DNA of 64,000 nucleotides from Eledone cirrhosa (Eukaryota), in assembly GCA_964016885.1 (NCBI GenBank), contig OZ024741.1, forward strand, positions 238,824,001 through 238,888,000, given 5' to 3'. Positions 36,430 through 50,662 of this stretch are shown in pieces. Both the position numbers and the translations under genes were made by a program. The notes beneath the pieces are model-generated. The model searched no databases. It had not been told where the DNA came from and saw only the letters and a program-made list of their open reading frames with translations. Within the stretch, counting starts at the first letter, position 1. Every line of letters starts with the position of its first letter.

Positions 36430-37390
36430 AGAGAGTATTGAAGTTTGCTTGAAGCATTGTGGAATAATAAAAAAAATCTGGTCGTTTTGGAAGCCTCAAC
36501 AATGCAGATGGGTAAATCTCCGGATAACAGAATCCGGTGGTGAAGAGAGAGATGTAAGAGGAAAGGTAGAATGAGATGTATAGTGTGTAGAGGAACGTAG
36601 GAAAGAGCGTAAAAATAAAAATAATAACACGAGATAGAGTTATCTTGGGAGAGATTTAATTGTCTCTATATTTCGGATTTTGCATCCATCAACTGGGGGT
36701 TTTTTCGAGGGGGGAAGTTATCTGTTGGAGAGGAATGGTACATGGCCTCTGTTGTCTGCTGTTTGTGTGTAACTGAGACATTCTGGAGAGTGCGCGTGCG
36801 CGCGGAATAGGTGCGGTCAAGCAAAGGTCGAGGCAGTTCCTCTTTATTGTGGGAGAGAGATGGTGCTTCACAGTCAATCCATTATACTACCTATATTCAC
36901 TCTTTGATACTGGCAGTGTGGTAGTCTGCCTGGTCGGTGGATGGTCGGTGGATGGTGTGGGCTCTTTGATACTGGCAGTGTAGTAGTCTGCCTGGTCGGT
37001 GGATGGTGTGGGCTCTTTGATACTGGCAGTGTAGTAGTCTGCCTGGTCGGTGGATGTTCGGTGGATGGTGTGGGCGGTATAGACATAATAACATACGTTC
37101 GAATGCCACTGTGTGTGTGTGTTGTTGTTTCGTTTGTTTACACCAGCCACCTCGTCTTGCTTCTCTCGGATCGGTTATTTATTTGTGGTCCTAGGCGTTT
37201 GATCCAAAGTGCTTCCTTGATTTGTAACGTGCCGACGTTGCATTCTGTCGCTAGCACTGTGACAATGGGCCTTCCGTCTTTCTTTCCGCATTTGGTTATG
37301 TGTTTCCGGAAAGACGAGGCCCTGGTGTTGATGTGCTCCTTCATCCGGATATGTAACGGCCGGATTGTGCTACCGATATAGTAGTGGTTG
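36430..37390 (-). mobile_element. Penelope-like element 3' part: GIY-YIG (37138-37390) plus 3' UTR
   Basis: [18 protein letters not shown]...FRKH...LQIKEALWIKRLGPQINNRSE. Confidence 0.85.
36900..37073. repeat. Three tandem copies of a 51-62 bp unit in the PLE 3' UTR
   Basis: ctctttgatactggcagtgt.gtagtctgcctggtcggtggatggtgtggg x3. Confidence 0.9.
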
Positions 37391-37515
37391 CATTTGTCTC
37401 ATATATATACATATATATGTATATATATGTGTATATATATGTGTATATATATATGTATATATATATGTATATATATATATGTATATATATATATGTATAT
37501 ATATGTATTTATATA

Positions 37516-38806
37516 TCATCATCATCATCATCTTCGTTTAACTTCCATTTTCCACGCTAGCATGGGTTAGACGGGAGTTGTCCCACTTGAGGCAAGGTTG
37601 GTCGGGTGACCGTGTCTCGCTCATATAAGACTATCTGGCAGGTGTTCTATGGCTGGATGCCCTTCCTAGCACCAACCACATTTACAGTGTGGAACTGGGA
37701 ACTTTTTACTGTGTTACCTACACGGCCACATTACATCGTGGACTGTGTTTTTTCTCGTGACACCTACATGATCTCGATCTCATTATCTCAATTATTTGGA
37801 CTGGATGTTGTGGTACCAACTTTACAGAGAGAGAGGGGGGTGTTGGTGGGAGTGGGAGGATAGGGTAGGGGTAGTGGATTGGGGTGTATATTTGGTTAAG
37901 AGGTGCCTACTGACTGTAGGTTTCGCTTTGTACATAGGCAAGGCGGGTCTTCTGTATTACTGCGTAGCGCCAAAGATCTCAGTTCAGTGACATTGTCTTA
38001 GAGAGGTGCAAGTGTGTAAGGTCGGAATTTATCAGATCATCCCAGTTTTTTCTGGGAATACCTACTCCGTAACTACCATCAATTTTGATCGGCCTGCACT
38101 TTTTTTATACAGCTGTCATCTTTCATGCGCATCACGTGGCCATACCAACGTAGTCTTCTCTCAAATAAACAGTATCTGATCCCTCTTATTCCTAATTTCT
38201 CACTTAGTTCATTTATGCTTTGCCGTACACATCCAACGGAGCATGCATGCTTCGTTCCTTTCCAGTCTGCGCAGGTCCTCTGCATGTAATGCCCATGTCT
38301 CACTGCCATGTAGCATTGCTGTTCGTATACAAGCATCATACAATCTGCCTTTCATTTTTAGAGAGAAACCTGTTGTGGGCAACAGCGGTATAAGCTCTCT
38401 GAACTTTTTCCATCCCGTTCTGACTCTGGCTACTGTACTTTCAGAACACCCTCCACCACTGCTGATTTCGTCACCCAGGTAACTGAAAGTATCTACTATT
38501 TCTATAGAACCATCTGGACAATAGAAGGAGCTAATATCCTGTGGACTCTTGCTACCTATTGCACCTGAGCATTGGTCACATATAAAGTCTACATTCTTAG
38601 ATAGTTTACCTGTGTTCCCACTACATCTTTTATGTACCCATACTTTGCATTTTGGACATAAAATTGAATTTCTGCCTACTCCTTTCCTACACACTGAGCA
38701 TGGCCATTTCCTTGAGGGTACCTGTGCCTTATTTTCCTTTCTACAAACTAGGACTTTAGTCTTAGACAAGTTAACTTTAAGGCCTTTTGATTCTAGGCCA
38801 TGCTTT
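37516..38806 (-). mobile_element. RTE subfamily A 3' part with 3' UTR and (GAT)n tail
   Basis: KTKVLV..WPCSVC..FSYLG..GWKKFREL..RLRWYGHVMRM; (TCA)n at 37516. Confidence 0.92.
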
Positions 38807-38829
38807 ACATGTTTTTAATGATTTTAAAT

Positions 38830-39377
38830 AATTGAAAATCCGAGAGAAACAAATAGGGAATTTGAATTCTAGACTAGCATAACTAGGAGTTTAAAAACAC
38901 TGCTCATTGGGAAGACTACGCATAATAGAAAGACAATGCTTACATTCTCAAAATCAACAAGTCGCCCGTAAGATAATTTAGATAGATAAATTCTGTCCTT
39001 GGGAACCAGCAAAATTTATTTTATACCTACGATCAGGCGGGGTACGAGGGGGGGGGGGGGGGGGGAGGGGTACGAGAGAAAGAGCAAAGTGTTTACAAAG
39101 TTAGGGAGAGAGATGAAGGAAGGTTCCAGAATAATTAATTAATAATAATAATAGAAGGTTAGTTTTTAGGAAGGGTCCAACAGAATGAGACAAATCATTA
39201 AAAACAGGTAAAATATTAATTGAAAATCCGAGAGAAACAAACGGGGAATTTGAATTCTAGACTAACATAACTAGGAGTTTAAAAACACTGCTCATTGGGA
39301 AGTCTACGGATAATAGAAAGACAATGCTTACATTCTCAAAATCAACAAGTTGCCCGTAAGATAATTTAGATAGATAA

Positions 39378-39384
<7 letters not shown>
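38830..39384. repeat. 167-bp direct repeat pair with 388-bp period
   Basis: 38830-38996 and 39218-39384 differ at only a few positions. Confidence 0.9.
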
Positions 39385-39423
<39 letters not shown>

Positions 39424-39454
39424 CATGTGTATATATATATATGTATATATATGA

Positions 39455-39492
<38 letters not shown>

Positions 39493-39503
39493 TTATATAT
39501 ATG

Positions 39504-39586
<83 letters not shown>

Positions 39587-39589
39587 GTA

Positions 39590-39652
<63 letters not shown>

Positions 39653-39847
39653 GTATATATATATATATATGTGTGTATTTATATATATGTATATATATAC
39701 ATATGTATATGTATGTACGTATATATATATATATATATATTTTTTTTTTTCGATCGACTTTTCGTCAAATCGGACCGAGGAAACAATGTTTTTGTCTGTC
39801 TTCTTTCCAGTTGCTAGTACTATCTATCGGTCGCAACTCCAGGTAGA

Positions 39848-39967
39848 AGGAGCAACGTGAAATAAAGTGTCTTGCTCAAGGACATAACGTATCACTTGGT
39901 CCAGGAATCGAACTCACAACCTAAAGATTGTGAATTTAATTCTCTAACCACTCAGCCACATGCCTTC
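39848..39967 (-). mobile_element. Second tRNA-SINE family; related pieces at 18160-18285, 27975-28040, 56550-56830
   Basis: Minus strand GTGGCTGAGTGGTTAG...GAGTTCGATTCC...CCTTGAGCAAGACACTTTATTTCACGTTGCTCC. Confidence 0.8.
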
Positions 39968-40014
39968 ATATATATATGTGTGTATATATGTATGTATATG
40001 TATATATATGTATG

Positions 40015-40073
<59 letters not shown>

Positions 40074-40573
40074 GAGAGAGAGGGGGTGGTGTAAACAAAC
40101 TATAACTGACATAAAGAAATTTACATAATGTTACACGGCTGGCAGCCAAGATTTAATAGCAAAGTAACAACACAACGTAGTTATAAATAATGTATATACC
40201 GAAGTCATATTCAATATATTTAATAAACATATATTTAGTTTGACTGTGAAAATATAATGTCAGTAACAATTTATTTAAGCTTTTAATAAGAAGATATATC
40301 CTCCCTCTTGCATCACTGGTCGATTTTTATCCATCTGTCATTCTCCATACTCATCACATTACCCACTATATCTGATTATTCTTATACACAGTTTTCAATC
40401 AGCTCATTTGTACTGCATTGTTCATGCACACTAACATTACACATCTAGTGGAGTGTGCTCACTTTATATGTATCTCAGTTTTAGAATAACTACACTCTAT
40501 CCCTGTGTGACAATGAGTGGCAATGAAGAGGGCTGGTGACAGGTATACCATCTAACTGTAAAGCACTGTCTCA

Positions 40574-40694
40574 AGAAAAAAGAAAAAAAAAGAAAAAAAA
40601 AGAAAAAAAAAGAAAAAAAAAAAGAAAAAAAAAGAAAAAAAAGAAAAAAAAGAAGAAAAAAGAAGAAAAAAAGAAAAAAAAAGAAGAAAAAAAA
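40574..40694. repeat. A-rich (GAAAAAAAAA)n-like array inside an RTE-type 3' tail
   Basis: Directly visible; flanked by catctaactgtaaa and ccagcatggaaaagtagacataaaatgatgatg. Confidence 0.85.
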
Positions 40695-42348
40695 CCTGTC
40701 CAACTAATACCAGCATGGAAAAGTAGACATAAAATGATGATGATGGTTCTTAAAATTCAGCAATTGAGAGGTGATGCAAATTATCCATGATAAGTTTGTT
40801 TTAAGAAAGATAACTAGTTAGATGATTCTCACCCTCAACTGTCTTGTGGTTTAGCTACATGTTAGATTTTCACATTGCGACTGAATATGATTCGTAAAGA
40901 TAAAGTATATGATTTCTCTATACATATTTATTCATAACTACACTGAGATGATGTTTGTTTATATTTATCATCAGCATATTTATTTTAACCCTTTAATGTT
41001 CAAACCAGCCAAAACCAGCCAGAATGCTCTACTTCTTTCTGTTGAAACTGGTTGTATCTGGTCGCTCAAACTGATGTTAAGGTATTGTTCTCAAAATAAA
41101 TACTTTCAAAATCTCATAGATTCGATATTATGTGAGGTAAAGCATTTACCATGAAAATATAATAGTATATATAGAATAATGTGAATGCTAAACGGTTAAG
41201 TCATTTTTTTTTTCCATGCTTGGAGATTTCTCCAGTACAGCATCTCAACACCTGTTGTTACCTTTTATTGTTTTGGTAAGGATCACTCAGTCTTCACCCC
41301 TTCCTCTCACCTTTTTTTATTAGCTTTCCTCTGTCACAACTGTTTTCTATACTTGGATCACTTGGCACATCTTTACCCATCTGTCATCTTTCATAGCCAT
41401 CACATTACCATACCAATAGACTCCTCTTTTGCTTACTACAACTGATTTGATTTATCCCAGACATTACACATCACATAGAGAATGATCACCTTATGTCTTT
41501 TCAACTTCCATGCATCCTCAGCATTCAATGTTTATGTTTCACTATCTTGAAATATCACACTTCACACACAAGCAGTATACAATTTACCAGCCACTTACAG
41601 AGAATCCCTTTGTTATCAGCAGACTTTTTCTTCCCCATTGTTACCTTTGTAGAGGATTCTTTATCAGCTGTAAGCATTTATAATTGATGATATTTAACCC
41701 CACATGAGCTCTGTTTGTGCATTCCTATGATAAAAGCTTATGACCATTTGTCTTTTTGTATATCAGGGATTACACTCTTTAATACATTTTTTTTCTTTTT
41801 GAAGATGATAGTGTATGGTTTGATTGATCTTTTACTGCTATTTATGGTAGGTTGATCAGGCACTAGATGTTTCTTTAGTTGTTGCTGCTTAGCTAGCATC
41901 ATTTCTGATTGAACATACTTATGATGAAAGGTATTCCAGGTGTGATTATTCATTTTCTAGAAACAGAGCACAGTATGTCCTTCTTATTCAACAGTAATTT
42001 GTAATTGACAGAGATGTGGCTGCTATTTCTAGTATGAGGAAGGAACATGTAGAGATCCCCTTCTCATTGGCTCATGTCATTGAGTCAAAGGAACCAACCA
42101 TAAACAGAGTATGTTGGTGTTTTTCTTTGAAATTTATTAAAGTCATTTGCTGAGTTCAAACCAGTCACCATCTAAATGACAAGGCTTCTTTTCTTTGAGT
42201 CAGTTCTAATGATTTGTGAATATGTGAGTGCATTAGTGTGTGCATGTATCTAGATGTATGTGTAGATATATTTGCACTCATCTAAAAGGTGTGCATGACA
42301 CGTCAGTACACAAGTGTGCGTGTTTGAATATACTTTATGTATATGTAT

Positions 42349-42870
42349 GGGCAGACCCAGAAAAACCTGGGACGAGCTGATAAACTCCGACCTCACACAC
42401 TTACACCTCACCAAGACAATGTCACTGGACCGAGACCTTTGGCGGTACTCAGTAATAGAGAGGACCCGCCTTACCTAAATACAAAGTAAAACCTACTACA
42501 GTCAGTAGGCATCTCTAACAAAATACACCCCCGTCCCACCACCCCCACCCCATCCACACCGCCCCCTTCTATGTAAAGTTATGTTGGTGCCACACCATCC
42601 AGGCCGAAACAAATGAGATCGTGTAGGTGTCACGACAAAAAAACACACAGTCCACGCTGTAATGTGGCCGTGTAGGCAACACGGTAAAAACCTCCCAGAC
42701 CCACACTGTAAATGTGGTTGGTGTTAGGAAGGGCATCCAACTGTAGAAAACCTGCCAGACAGTCCTATGCGAGCAAGACAATCACTCTTGCCTCAAGTGG
42801 GAAAACCCCCGTCCAAACCCATGCAAGCGTGGAACACGGACGTTAAACGTTGATGATGATGATGATGATG
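42349..42870 (+). mobile_element. RTE subfamily A extreme 3' fragment
   Basis: Matches 13384-14020 (GRPRKTW to the (GAT)n tail). Confidence 0.92.
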
Positions 42871-43161
42871 CTAAATACATACATGTGATTATGTATACTT
42901 TCATTCCAGAAAACTCAAATGAAGAATCTTTAGAATGTTTTGCAAACCTTCACTATACCCTCAAATCGATTATGTTTGGAGGGTGTGAATCCATTCATTA
43001 TCTCAAAGTTTTATGCAAATCTGTTGATATATAACCTAGTGCCCCTATGATGATAGGTACAAATGAAAATATATAACCCCTGGATACAAAAGTTGTATGT
43101 ATATATTTCTTTATTTATTGATTTCTGTTTCTTTGTGAGTGTATCTATGCATGTATATATG

Positions 43162-45210
43162 TCATCATCATCATCATCACCGTTTTACGTCCGTTCTTCC
43201 ATGCTAGCATGGGTTAGACGGGTTGTCCTGTTGTGGGCAGTGTCTGGTCGGCTGACCATGCCTTGCTCATACAGGAACTGATCTGGCTTGATTTCTACAG
43301 CTGGATGCTCTTCCTAACACCAACCTCATTTACAGTGAGTGCTGGGTGCTTTTTCGTGGCGCCTACACGTCCACTTTACAGTGTGGGCTGGGTGCTTTTT
43401 TTGCCGTGGCACCTCTACGACCACCTTGCAGTGGGAGGGCGTGGGGGCATATTGTCTATATGCTTCAGCTTGTACCCATGGGAGGTCGGGTACTCTGTAT
43501 TACTGCATGACGCCAGAGGTCACAGTCGTGTGTCACCGCCTTTGAGAGGTGTAATTGGGTAAGGTCGGCTTTTATCACCTCATCCCAGGTCATCTTGGGT
43601 CTCCCCACTCCGCGGTTTCCATCAACTTCTAGTGCTCTACACCTTTTTATGCAGCTGTCATCCTTCATACGCATCACATGTCCATACCAACGCAACCGCC
43701 TCTCCTGCACACAGCATTTGATTCCTCTTATGCTCAGTCTCTCTCTCAATTCATTTATGCTTTGTCGTTCGCATATATTACTATTACACATCCATCGGAA
43801 CATGCAGGCTTTGTTTCTCTCTAATCTATGTAAGTCTTCCACCTTCAGCGCCCAGGTCTCACTACCATGTAACATTGCTGTTCGGATACACGCATCATAC
43901 AATCTGCCTTTCATTTTGAGGGAGAAGCCTTTTGCAGCTAGCAGTGGTAGTAGTTCCCTAAACTTCTTCCATCCCGTTCTTACCCTAGTTATTGTACTTT
44001 CTGAACACCCACCTCCGCTGCTAATTCGGTCACCTAGGTAGCAGAAGCTGTCTACTGTCTCTACAGAGCCCTCCCAGAGATTGGTGGTACTTGTTTCCTG
44101 TTGCTGTTTGCTGCTTGCTGTCCCAGTACAGCTGCTGCATGATGTGAAGCCTACATTCTTAATTAAGCTTCCTGAGATCCTGCTACATCTCTTGTGTACC
44201 CATTGTTTGCATTTGGGGCAGGGAATGGAGTTCCTACCTACACCTTTCCTACATACTGAGCAAGGCCATTTCCCTGAGGGGATATGGGTTCTGTTTTCTC
44301 GTCTACTTACAAGGACCTTAGTCTTTGTCATGTTGACTTTGAGACCCTTTCTTTCTAGTCCCTGCTTCCAAGTTTGGAATTTCTTCTCTAGTTCTACCAT
44401 AGATTCAGCTATAAGTGCGAGGTCATCAGCATACAGGAGTTCCCATGGGCATCCGGTCTTAAACTCCTCCGTTATTGCCTGCAGAACTATGATGAACAGG
44501 AGAGGGCTAAGAACAGAGCCCTGGTGGACCCCAACCTGTACGCTAAATTCCTCGCTATACTCATTGCTAATCCTAACTTTGCTGACTGCTCCCCTATACA
44601 TGGCTTGTACAGCTTTCACAAGCCATTCATCTACTCCTAGTTTTCTAAGAGTCCACCAGATTACAGCACGTGGAACTCTGTCAAAGGCTTTCTCGAGATC
44701 GACGAATGCCAGGTAGAGTGGCTTACTTTTAGCTAGGTACTTTTCCTGTAACTGCCTCACAAGGAAGAGGGTATCAGTGGTGCCTCTTCCTGGTACAAAC
44801 CCAAATTGCATCTCATCTAGTTTCACCCAGTCTCTAATCAACTGTGCTATAACTCTTTCTGTTACTTTCATGACCTGGTCCATCAGCTTTATACCTCTAT
44901 AGTTTCCTCTATCGAGTGCATCACCTTTACCTTTGTAGCAGTTGACAATGATGCTACTGCACCAATCTTTTGGTATGACACCTTCTAGTATTACCTGGTT
45001 AACAATATGTGTGGTTATAGTGTGACCTACAGACCCAGATGCCTTCAGCATCTCGGCAGCTATACCCGATGGACCGGTTGCCTTCCCCATCTTCATATCT
45101 TTGATTGCCTTACTTACTACGCTGCTGCTGACTTGTACTGCTGGCCCCTCTATAGGGTCTACTTGGGGTAGGGTCTCTTCTTCCCATGCATTCTCCTCAT
45201 TTAGTAATCT
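43162..45210 (-). mobile_element. RTE subfamily B, 5'-truncated, RT open (543 aa) with 3' UTR
   Basis: GNYRGIKL, QFGFVPG, DLEKAFD, GVHQGSVLSP, LLYADD, RLRWYGHVMRM; (TCA)n tail at 43162. Confidence 0.95.
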
Positions 45211-46859
45211 ATATGTATCTATATATCTATTTTTGCTTTTGTTATTTTTTATTCTATTTTTATATAAATATAATTTTTAAAAGCATACATAATGTCTGTA
45301 CCTTTGTTTTTATTAGAACATTTTCAGGTTGCTTAAGTAAATAAGCCCACTTTTATGCTTATATATAAGTATTTGTGTATGTGTGTATTAGTATTATGTC
45401 TTTGTATGTCTGTGTATATTTGTGTGTATGTGTATATGTGAGCATATAGTATATGCTCATGTATGAGTGTCGGAATTTTTGTTTATCTATATACATAAAT
45501 ATATATGTAGACATACATACATATGTTCACACATACACACACACACCTACATGCACGCATACATACATACATACATTCATACATGTGTGTGTGTATGGGT
45601 GGATGGGTGTGTTCAGGTGTGCATGTATGCAAGCATTGATTAAAATCATCTGAGTTAGATGTAGTGAACTGTTTGGAAAAGTAACTGTAGAGACTAAAAA
45701 AAATACTTAAAATCTTCTTTCTAGGAAGAAACTAAATTGACATTATTGTCTGAAAGAGACATAACAAGGAACACATAATTACATAGAAGAGTCACTAGAG
45801 AGATTGATTATTTAAGGGTTAAAAGTTAGATTATTTTGTGTGGAGAACAGAAGAACGACTATATTAAAGTGTAACCATTATGTCAAAGGGTAACATATAA
45901 GTTATAAATATATGTACAGTGTAAAGAATCTAGAAAATTAGAGAGAACTACCTTGAAAAGTAGAATAACAAAGAACATCTCTGACAAATTTATAAATCAG
46001 ATTTGTATATTATACAACATGAAGATACTTTAAATTGATAATTTACATTTAACAAAGTTTTTTGTTATCCTTTCCAGCATTTCAAAATTTCTTGAAACTG
46101 GAAAGCTTTTTGTTTAACCTTTTTATATGATCTTTCTAAAAGTAATGGACAATTTAATATTCTATTCATTAAAGTTTCCTGGACTTTTTCATTTGTATAG
46201 ATTCACAAATTTCTCACAGATAACCAAAGTTTGGAATATTTATGTACCAAACCTTTTCGATTTATTTATTTTAAGCAGTCAAAGAAAAAAAAAAATTAAC
46301 ATCACTTTTATTTTGTGATGTTCAACATACCAAATTAATAACCTGGGACTGTGGGGTTGTTAATCTTTGTCTCTCCATTAAATATACCTGGTTAGAAAAA
46401 TGTTGTTTCAATCCTGAGTTTTCTTGTTTAGGTTGTTGAAGTCCCCTTTTAACATCTACAAAATAATGTGTTCATAATAAAAAAAAATGTTATATTAATT
46501 TACTAGCCCTGGCTTATATATGTTAAATATGCACCATTTGAAGGACAATATGTAACTTGGAAATTTTACTATTTTTACTATTTTTGCAGTCTTACAATAT
46601 TCATTCACATGCAAACAAATGTATATAGAAATCAGTAAACTAATGAAATAACCATCATAACAAATGTATTTTTAGTATTGATTACTTTTTAATAGATTTC
46701 TCTTTAAAATAATTCATTTTCAAAAGATATAATATTTTTATGAAGTTACAAGATTTTGTATTTACAAAATTTTGTATTTATTTCCTTAATATGATATTTG
46801 AAATGAAGAATATATTAAGTATTCAGTGCATGTGTTTATTATTATCATTAACTAAAGAG

Positions 46860-47285
46860 CAGTAGAATGACAGAAGCATTAGTGTGCTGGGTGAAATGTA
46901 TTGCAGTATTTTGTATCAACTCTTAACTTTCTGGTTTCAAATCCAGCTGAGGACAACGTTACCTTTCATTCTTCCAGGAGACGATAAAATAAAATACTGA
47001 TCAAGTTGATGTGATCAACTTTTCCTTCCCCACAAAATGTTGGCCTTGTTCTTAAATTGAAAATGTTAAGGGCTATGAATTGGTAGAGTTGTTAGAGTAT
47101 CAGCCAAATGCTCTTTTGTATTTATTTTAGTGTTTTGCACGCTGTGTTCCAATTCTGCCAAGACCAACTTTACTTTTCATCTTTCCAATGTCAATAAAAT
47201 AAACTACCAGTCAAATACTAGAATCAATATAATTGACTTTCCTTTCCTCCAAATCGCTAGCCTTTTGCCAATGTTAGAAAGAATA
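46860..47285 (+). mobile_element. Two tandem degenerate tRNA-SINEs
   Basis: tttcaaatccagctgagg..cctttcat..gataaaataaaatac and ttccaattctgccaagaccaacttt..caataaaataaactaccag. Confidence 0.75.
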
Positions 47286-49408
47286 ATCACTAATTAGTCT
47301 AAGAAGAAGAAGCAAATATTTTAAGCCTTCCTAGAAAACACAGGCTAGTAGGTGGAATTAAGTCAATTACAGGTTTGTTCAAAAGGAAACAGAGAAACGT
47401 GGCTGTGGAAGGAATAATTGAGCAAAACATGATTTGTATATGTTCTAAATGGGAGAGATCCATCAAGTTACTGGTGCCAATAACATAGGAAACCTTCCCA
47501 TGGATGCCTTCTGCATGAAGAACATGTAGTTAAGTGGGTACTAGCTAACATACTTCATGTAATGAACCCTACCATCAAATTGTTTAATCAATTAAAACTA
47601 TACTTTAAATGAAAAGAAAAGTCATTAACATCAATGGCAAGAAAGACAAGGTAGACAACTCCGAAATTTAGATTGATTCAGAATTGAATGGGAACATAGA
47701 ATGGAGACTTTCTGATTGAAGTACAATCAAATCTATACTTCCCACAGCATAGACATTCCTATTGATGTTTTCTGCATGAAGAACATATAGCTAATTGGGA
47801 GATAATATAGCGAACTAAAAAAAATGTTTAATCAATTGCTATTATGAAAGTAATGAAAGAAAAAGTATACAGCCAGCAAGTTCAGAGTGGATGACTTGTG
47901 GTAGTGTTGTAAGAGACAGTAGGAAAATACAACCTGAAGGTAGATTACTGATGTTAAAGTATTGGAGAATGAAAGCTTGCCTATTAGGTAGAAACATTTG
48001 CTGGAATGTAGTCTAAAATACGCTTTATTGGGCTATTGTCTCAGATGTTTGAGCTTTAGCTGGTGCAAAGTCAGTTATGAATTTCACATAAAGTTACCAG
48101 CTAGTTAACTGAAGCTGAAAGCTGTTTTATTTCTTTTTGCTTTGTTTGTTTTTGTTCTGAAAAAGTACCTGTGGTACAATAATAAAAGCATTTATTAAGA
48201 ATGTAATAGTTTGACCCATGTATTCTTTGTGGACCAAGTGAATTCTGTGATGAAAATTTATTTTCTTGAGGTGAATAATATTGTAATGATGAATGATACA
48301 GAATGGTCTATTACGTACAAAATACTCAACTTATGTAAAAGTTGAAGTTTATTTTTGTTTTAGTAAGCACTCTTCCTTTTCTTCATAGCATATGCTTTTC
48401 AGAGGATAGTTTCTCTCACAACAGCACAATACTTTGTACTGTCATTTGAGTGTATAGGTGATTCAATGAATCTAATAGTCACACAGGCTGAAGAATTTGA
48501 ATTCAAAATGCAAAGAGCCAGAACAGAAGAAAATATAGTGTAAAGCATCTCATCTGATACTCTAACAATTCCACCAATCCACTTTCCTGGACTTGTACAT
48601 AATCTATCGACCCGGAGAGAAAAAGTTGAACACAACAGGATTTGACTCCAGTGTGTAGAAAACCAGAAAAAATATGATAATGCATTTAATCTGATTCTCT
48701 AACGACACTCTAACAATTCTTTCTTTTGATAAACAAACGGGATTAAATTTTAAATAGCATAAATTCTGATGATAGATTTATCCATCAATATAAGTAAAGT
48801 GCTTTTTTATAAATCTTTTGTAGAAAAAGGGGTACTATATAGTTAGCCAAAAGAAAGAATGTGATCTTTGTAAGGGATAATTTCTTTATTATATCTACAG
48901 ATAGATATTCCCAAAATAGTTCACATTACTGGAAAGATGAATGATGAGCATATATGTAAGGGATGCTATTTTGCAACTGTAGGTTTGTGATTACTCAATG
49001 AACATAAACTGGAATGTGTATATTTAGCAGTGGAAGAAAGGTAGAAGAAAGTAAGGAATAAAGAGGTGCACTTTGAAATAGTGTAATAAAGCTAAGAGAT
49101 ACATGTATTTAAAAATAGTTTCAAAAGAAAATATTTAACTGGCAAAATATTTATACAAGCTAAAGTGCTTTCAGTAGGGCATGTTTAGACTTAATGGAAA
49201 ATGAGAAAAAATATACATTTAGAGTAACATCGAAATTGAATTAAAACAATTAACATCTAGTCAAGTACAGTTTAGTCAAGTAGTCTAGCATTAGATGCAG
49301 TTTTAATTTGAATGATAAAGCAAATATGATATGATTAATTCAAAAATGTTTGAAACAATATGATCGAGCTTTAGATATTTTGAAAAGAAGTATATTACCC
49401 CTCCCCCA

Positions 49409-49445
<37 letters not shown>

Positions 49446-49472
49446 CACATACAGACACACACATTTATAAAC

Positions 49473-49546
<74 letters not shown>

Positions 49547-49713
49547 GGGGTAACAAATAATAGTTATATGCAGTCCACTTAGGTGTAGTCCAATTATGGT
49601 ATTCCGGGTAGTGGATGATATCAACGCTTGGCTAAGTTTGACTCAATAAGGCGTTTCCATAGTGATGCTGCGAGTACGCTGTAATTCCTATGTTATAAAC
49701 ACTTGGAGTAATA

Positions 49714-50167
49714 ATAAATCAGGAAAGAAGAGTGACACGGTTTGCTATACAAAAAAGGTTTTTAATCTCATTGCTGACAATTGTTTCTCTGAACTGGTAG
49801 GTCTAGAGATCGCTATCCGCTTATTTTCGCGTTACTCGATCGCCAATACAAAATTATAACCAGTCAGTTCATCGGAGCAACGCATCCCTTCTCGACCACG
49901 GCTGCACTTGCCATTCCGCCACTCTTGTCCTGTAATCCGGGTATCTCACTTCCTCTCCTTTCTCTTTAATATACATACTTTAATATATATACTTTCTCGC
50001 AAGCTCCGATGAACTGACTGGTTATAATTTTGTATTGGCGATCGAGTAACGCGAAAATAAGCGGATAGCGATCTCTAGACCTACCAGTTCAGAGAAACAA
50101 TTGTCAGCAATGAGATTAAAAACCTTTTTTGTATAGCAAACCGTGTCACTCTTCTTTCCTGATTTAT
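49714..50167. repeat. Apparently perfect 165-bp inverted repeat (49714-49878 / 50003-50167), 124-bp spacer
   Basis: The same peptide appears on both strands in the ORF track; arms are complementary by eye. Confidence 0.95.
49769..49882 (-). ncRNA. Type I hammerhead ribozyme with CCGAUGA core and ~80-nt stem II (second copy on + at 50003-50110)
   Basis: CGTTGCT CCGATGA aCTGACTGGT...ACCAGTTCAGa GAAAC AATT GTC AGCAATG. Confidence 0.75.
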
Positions 50168-50614
50168 ATATAATAAAGTGGTCCTTCATCAGTGATCTTC
50201 CAACCATCATCGGTATTTCTTCGCTTTAAAGACCATATACCTCCGGTTGGTGCGAGCAACGGCTAAAGAAAGTCGTTGGGACATGTAAATAAAGGGAACA
50301 GCGAGAGTGTAAACAAACAAAGAGGGTGAAGCAATGAAAAGTGAGGAAGAGCGAGTCAAGTCCAAAAATTTCCATGAATATAAGTTCGGTGAAATCGTGA
50401 ACGAGAGAGAATAAAGACCATCAAACCTGGTTTAAATGTGAGCAAGGAAGGAATTCCGTACAGATCTAACGTGAGGAAGAAGGGGTCTAGTCTGTGAAAT
50501 CGGTAAACATAAGTTCTGTGAAATCGTAGATGAGAGAGAGAAAAAATGCCGACATACAGACACACATTTATAAACATATATATATATATATATACACACA
50601 CACATATATAAACA

Positions 50615-50662
<48 letters not shown>

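Noticed and set aside
36660-36700. Hammerhead-like ttgatg gat..atcc GAAA tata in the PLE 3' UTR
   Set aside because: Core incomplete and no stem I
36900-37073. CRISPR-like or coding repeat array
   Set aside because: Eukaryotic context, no unique spacers; simple tandem repeat in a PLE UTR
40536-40790. Poly-Lys/poly-Phe ORFs
   Set aside because: A-rich simple repeat
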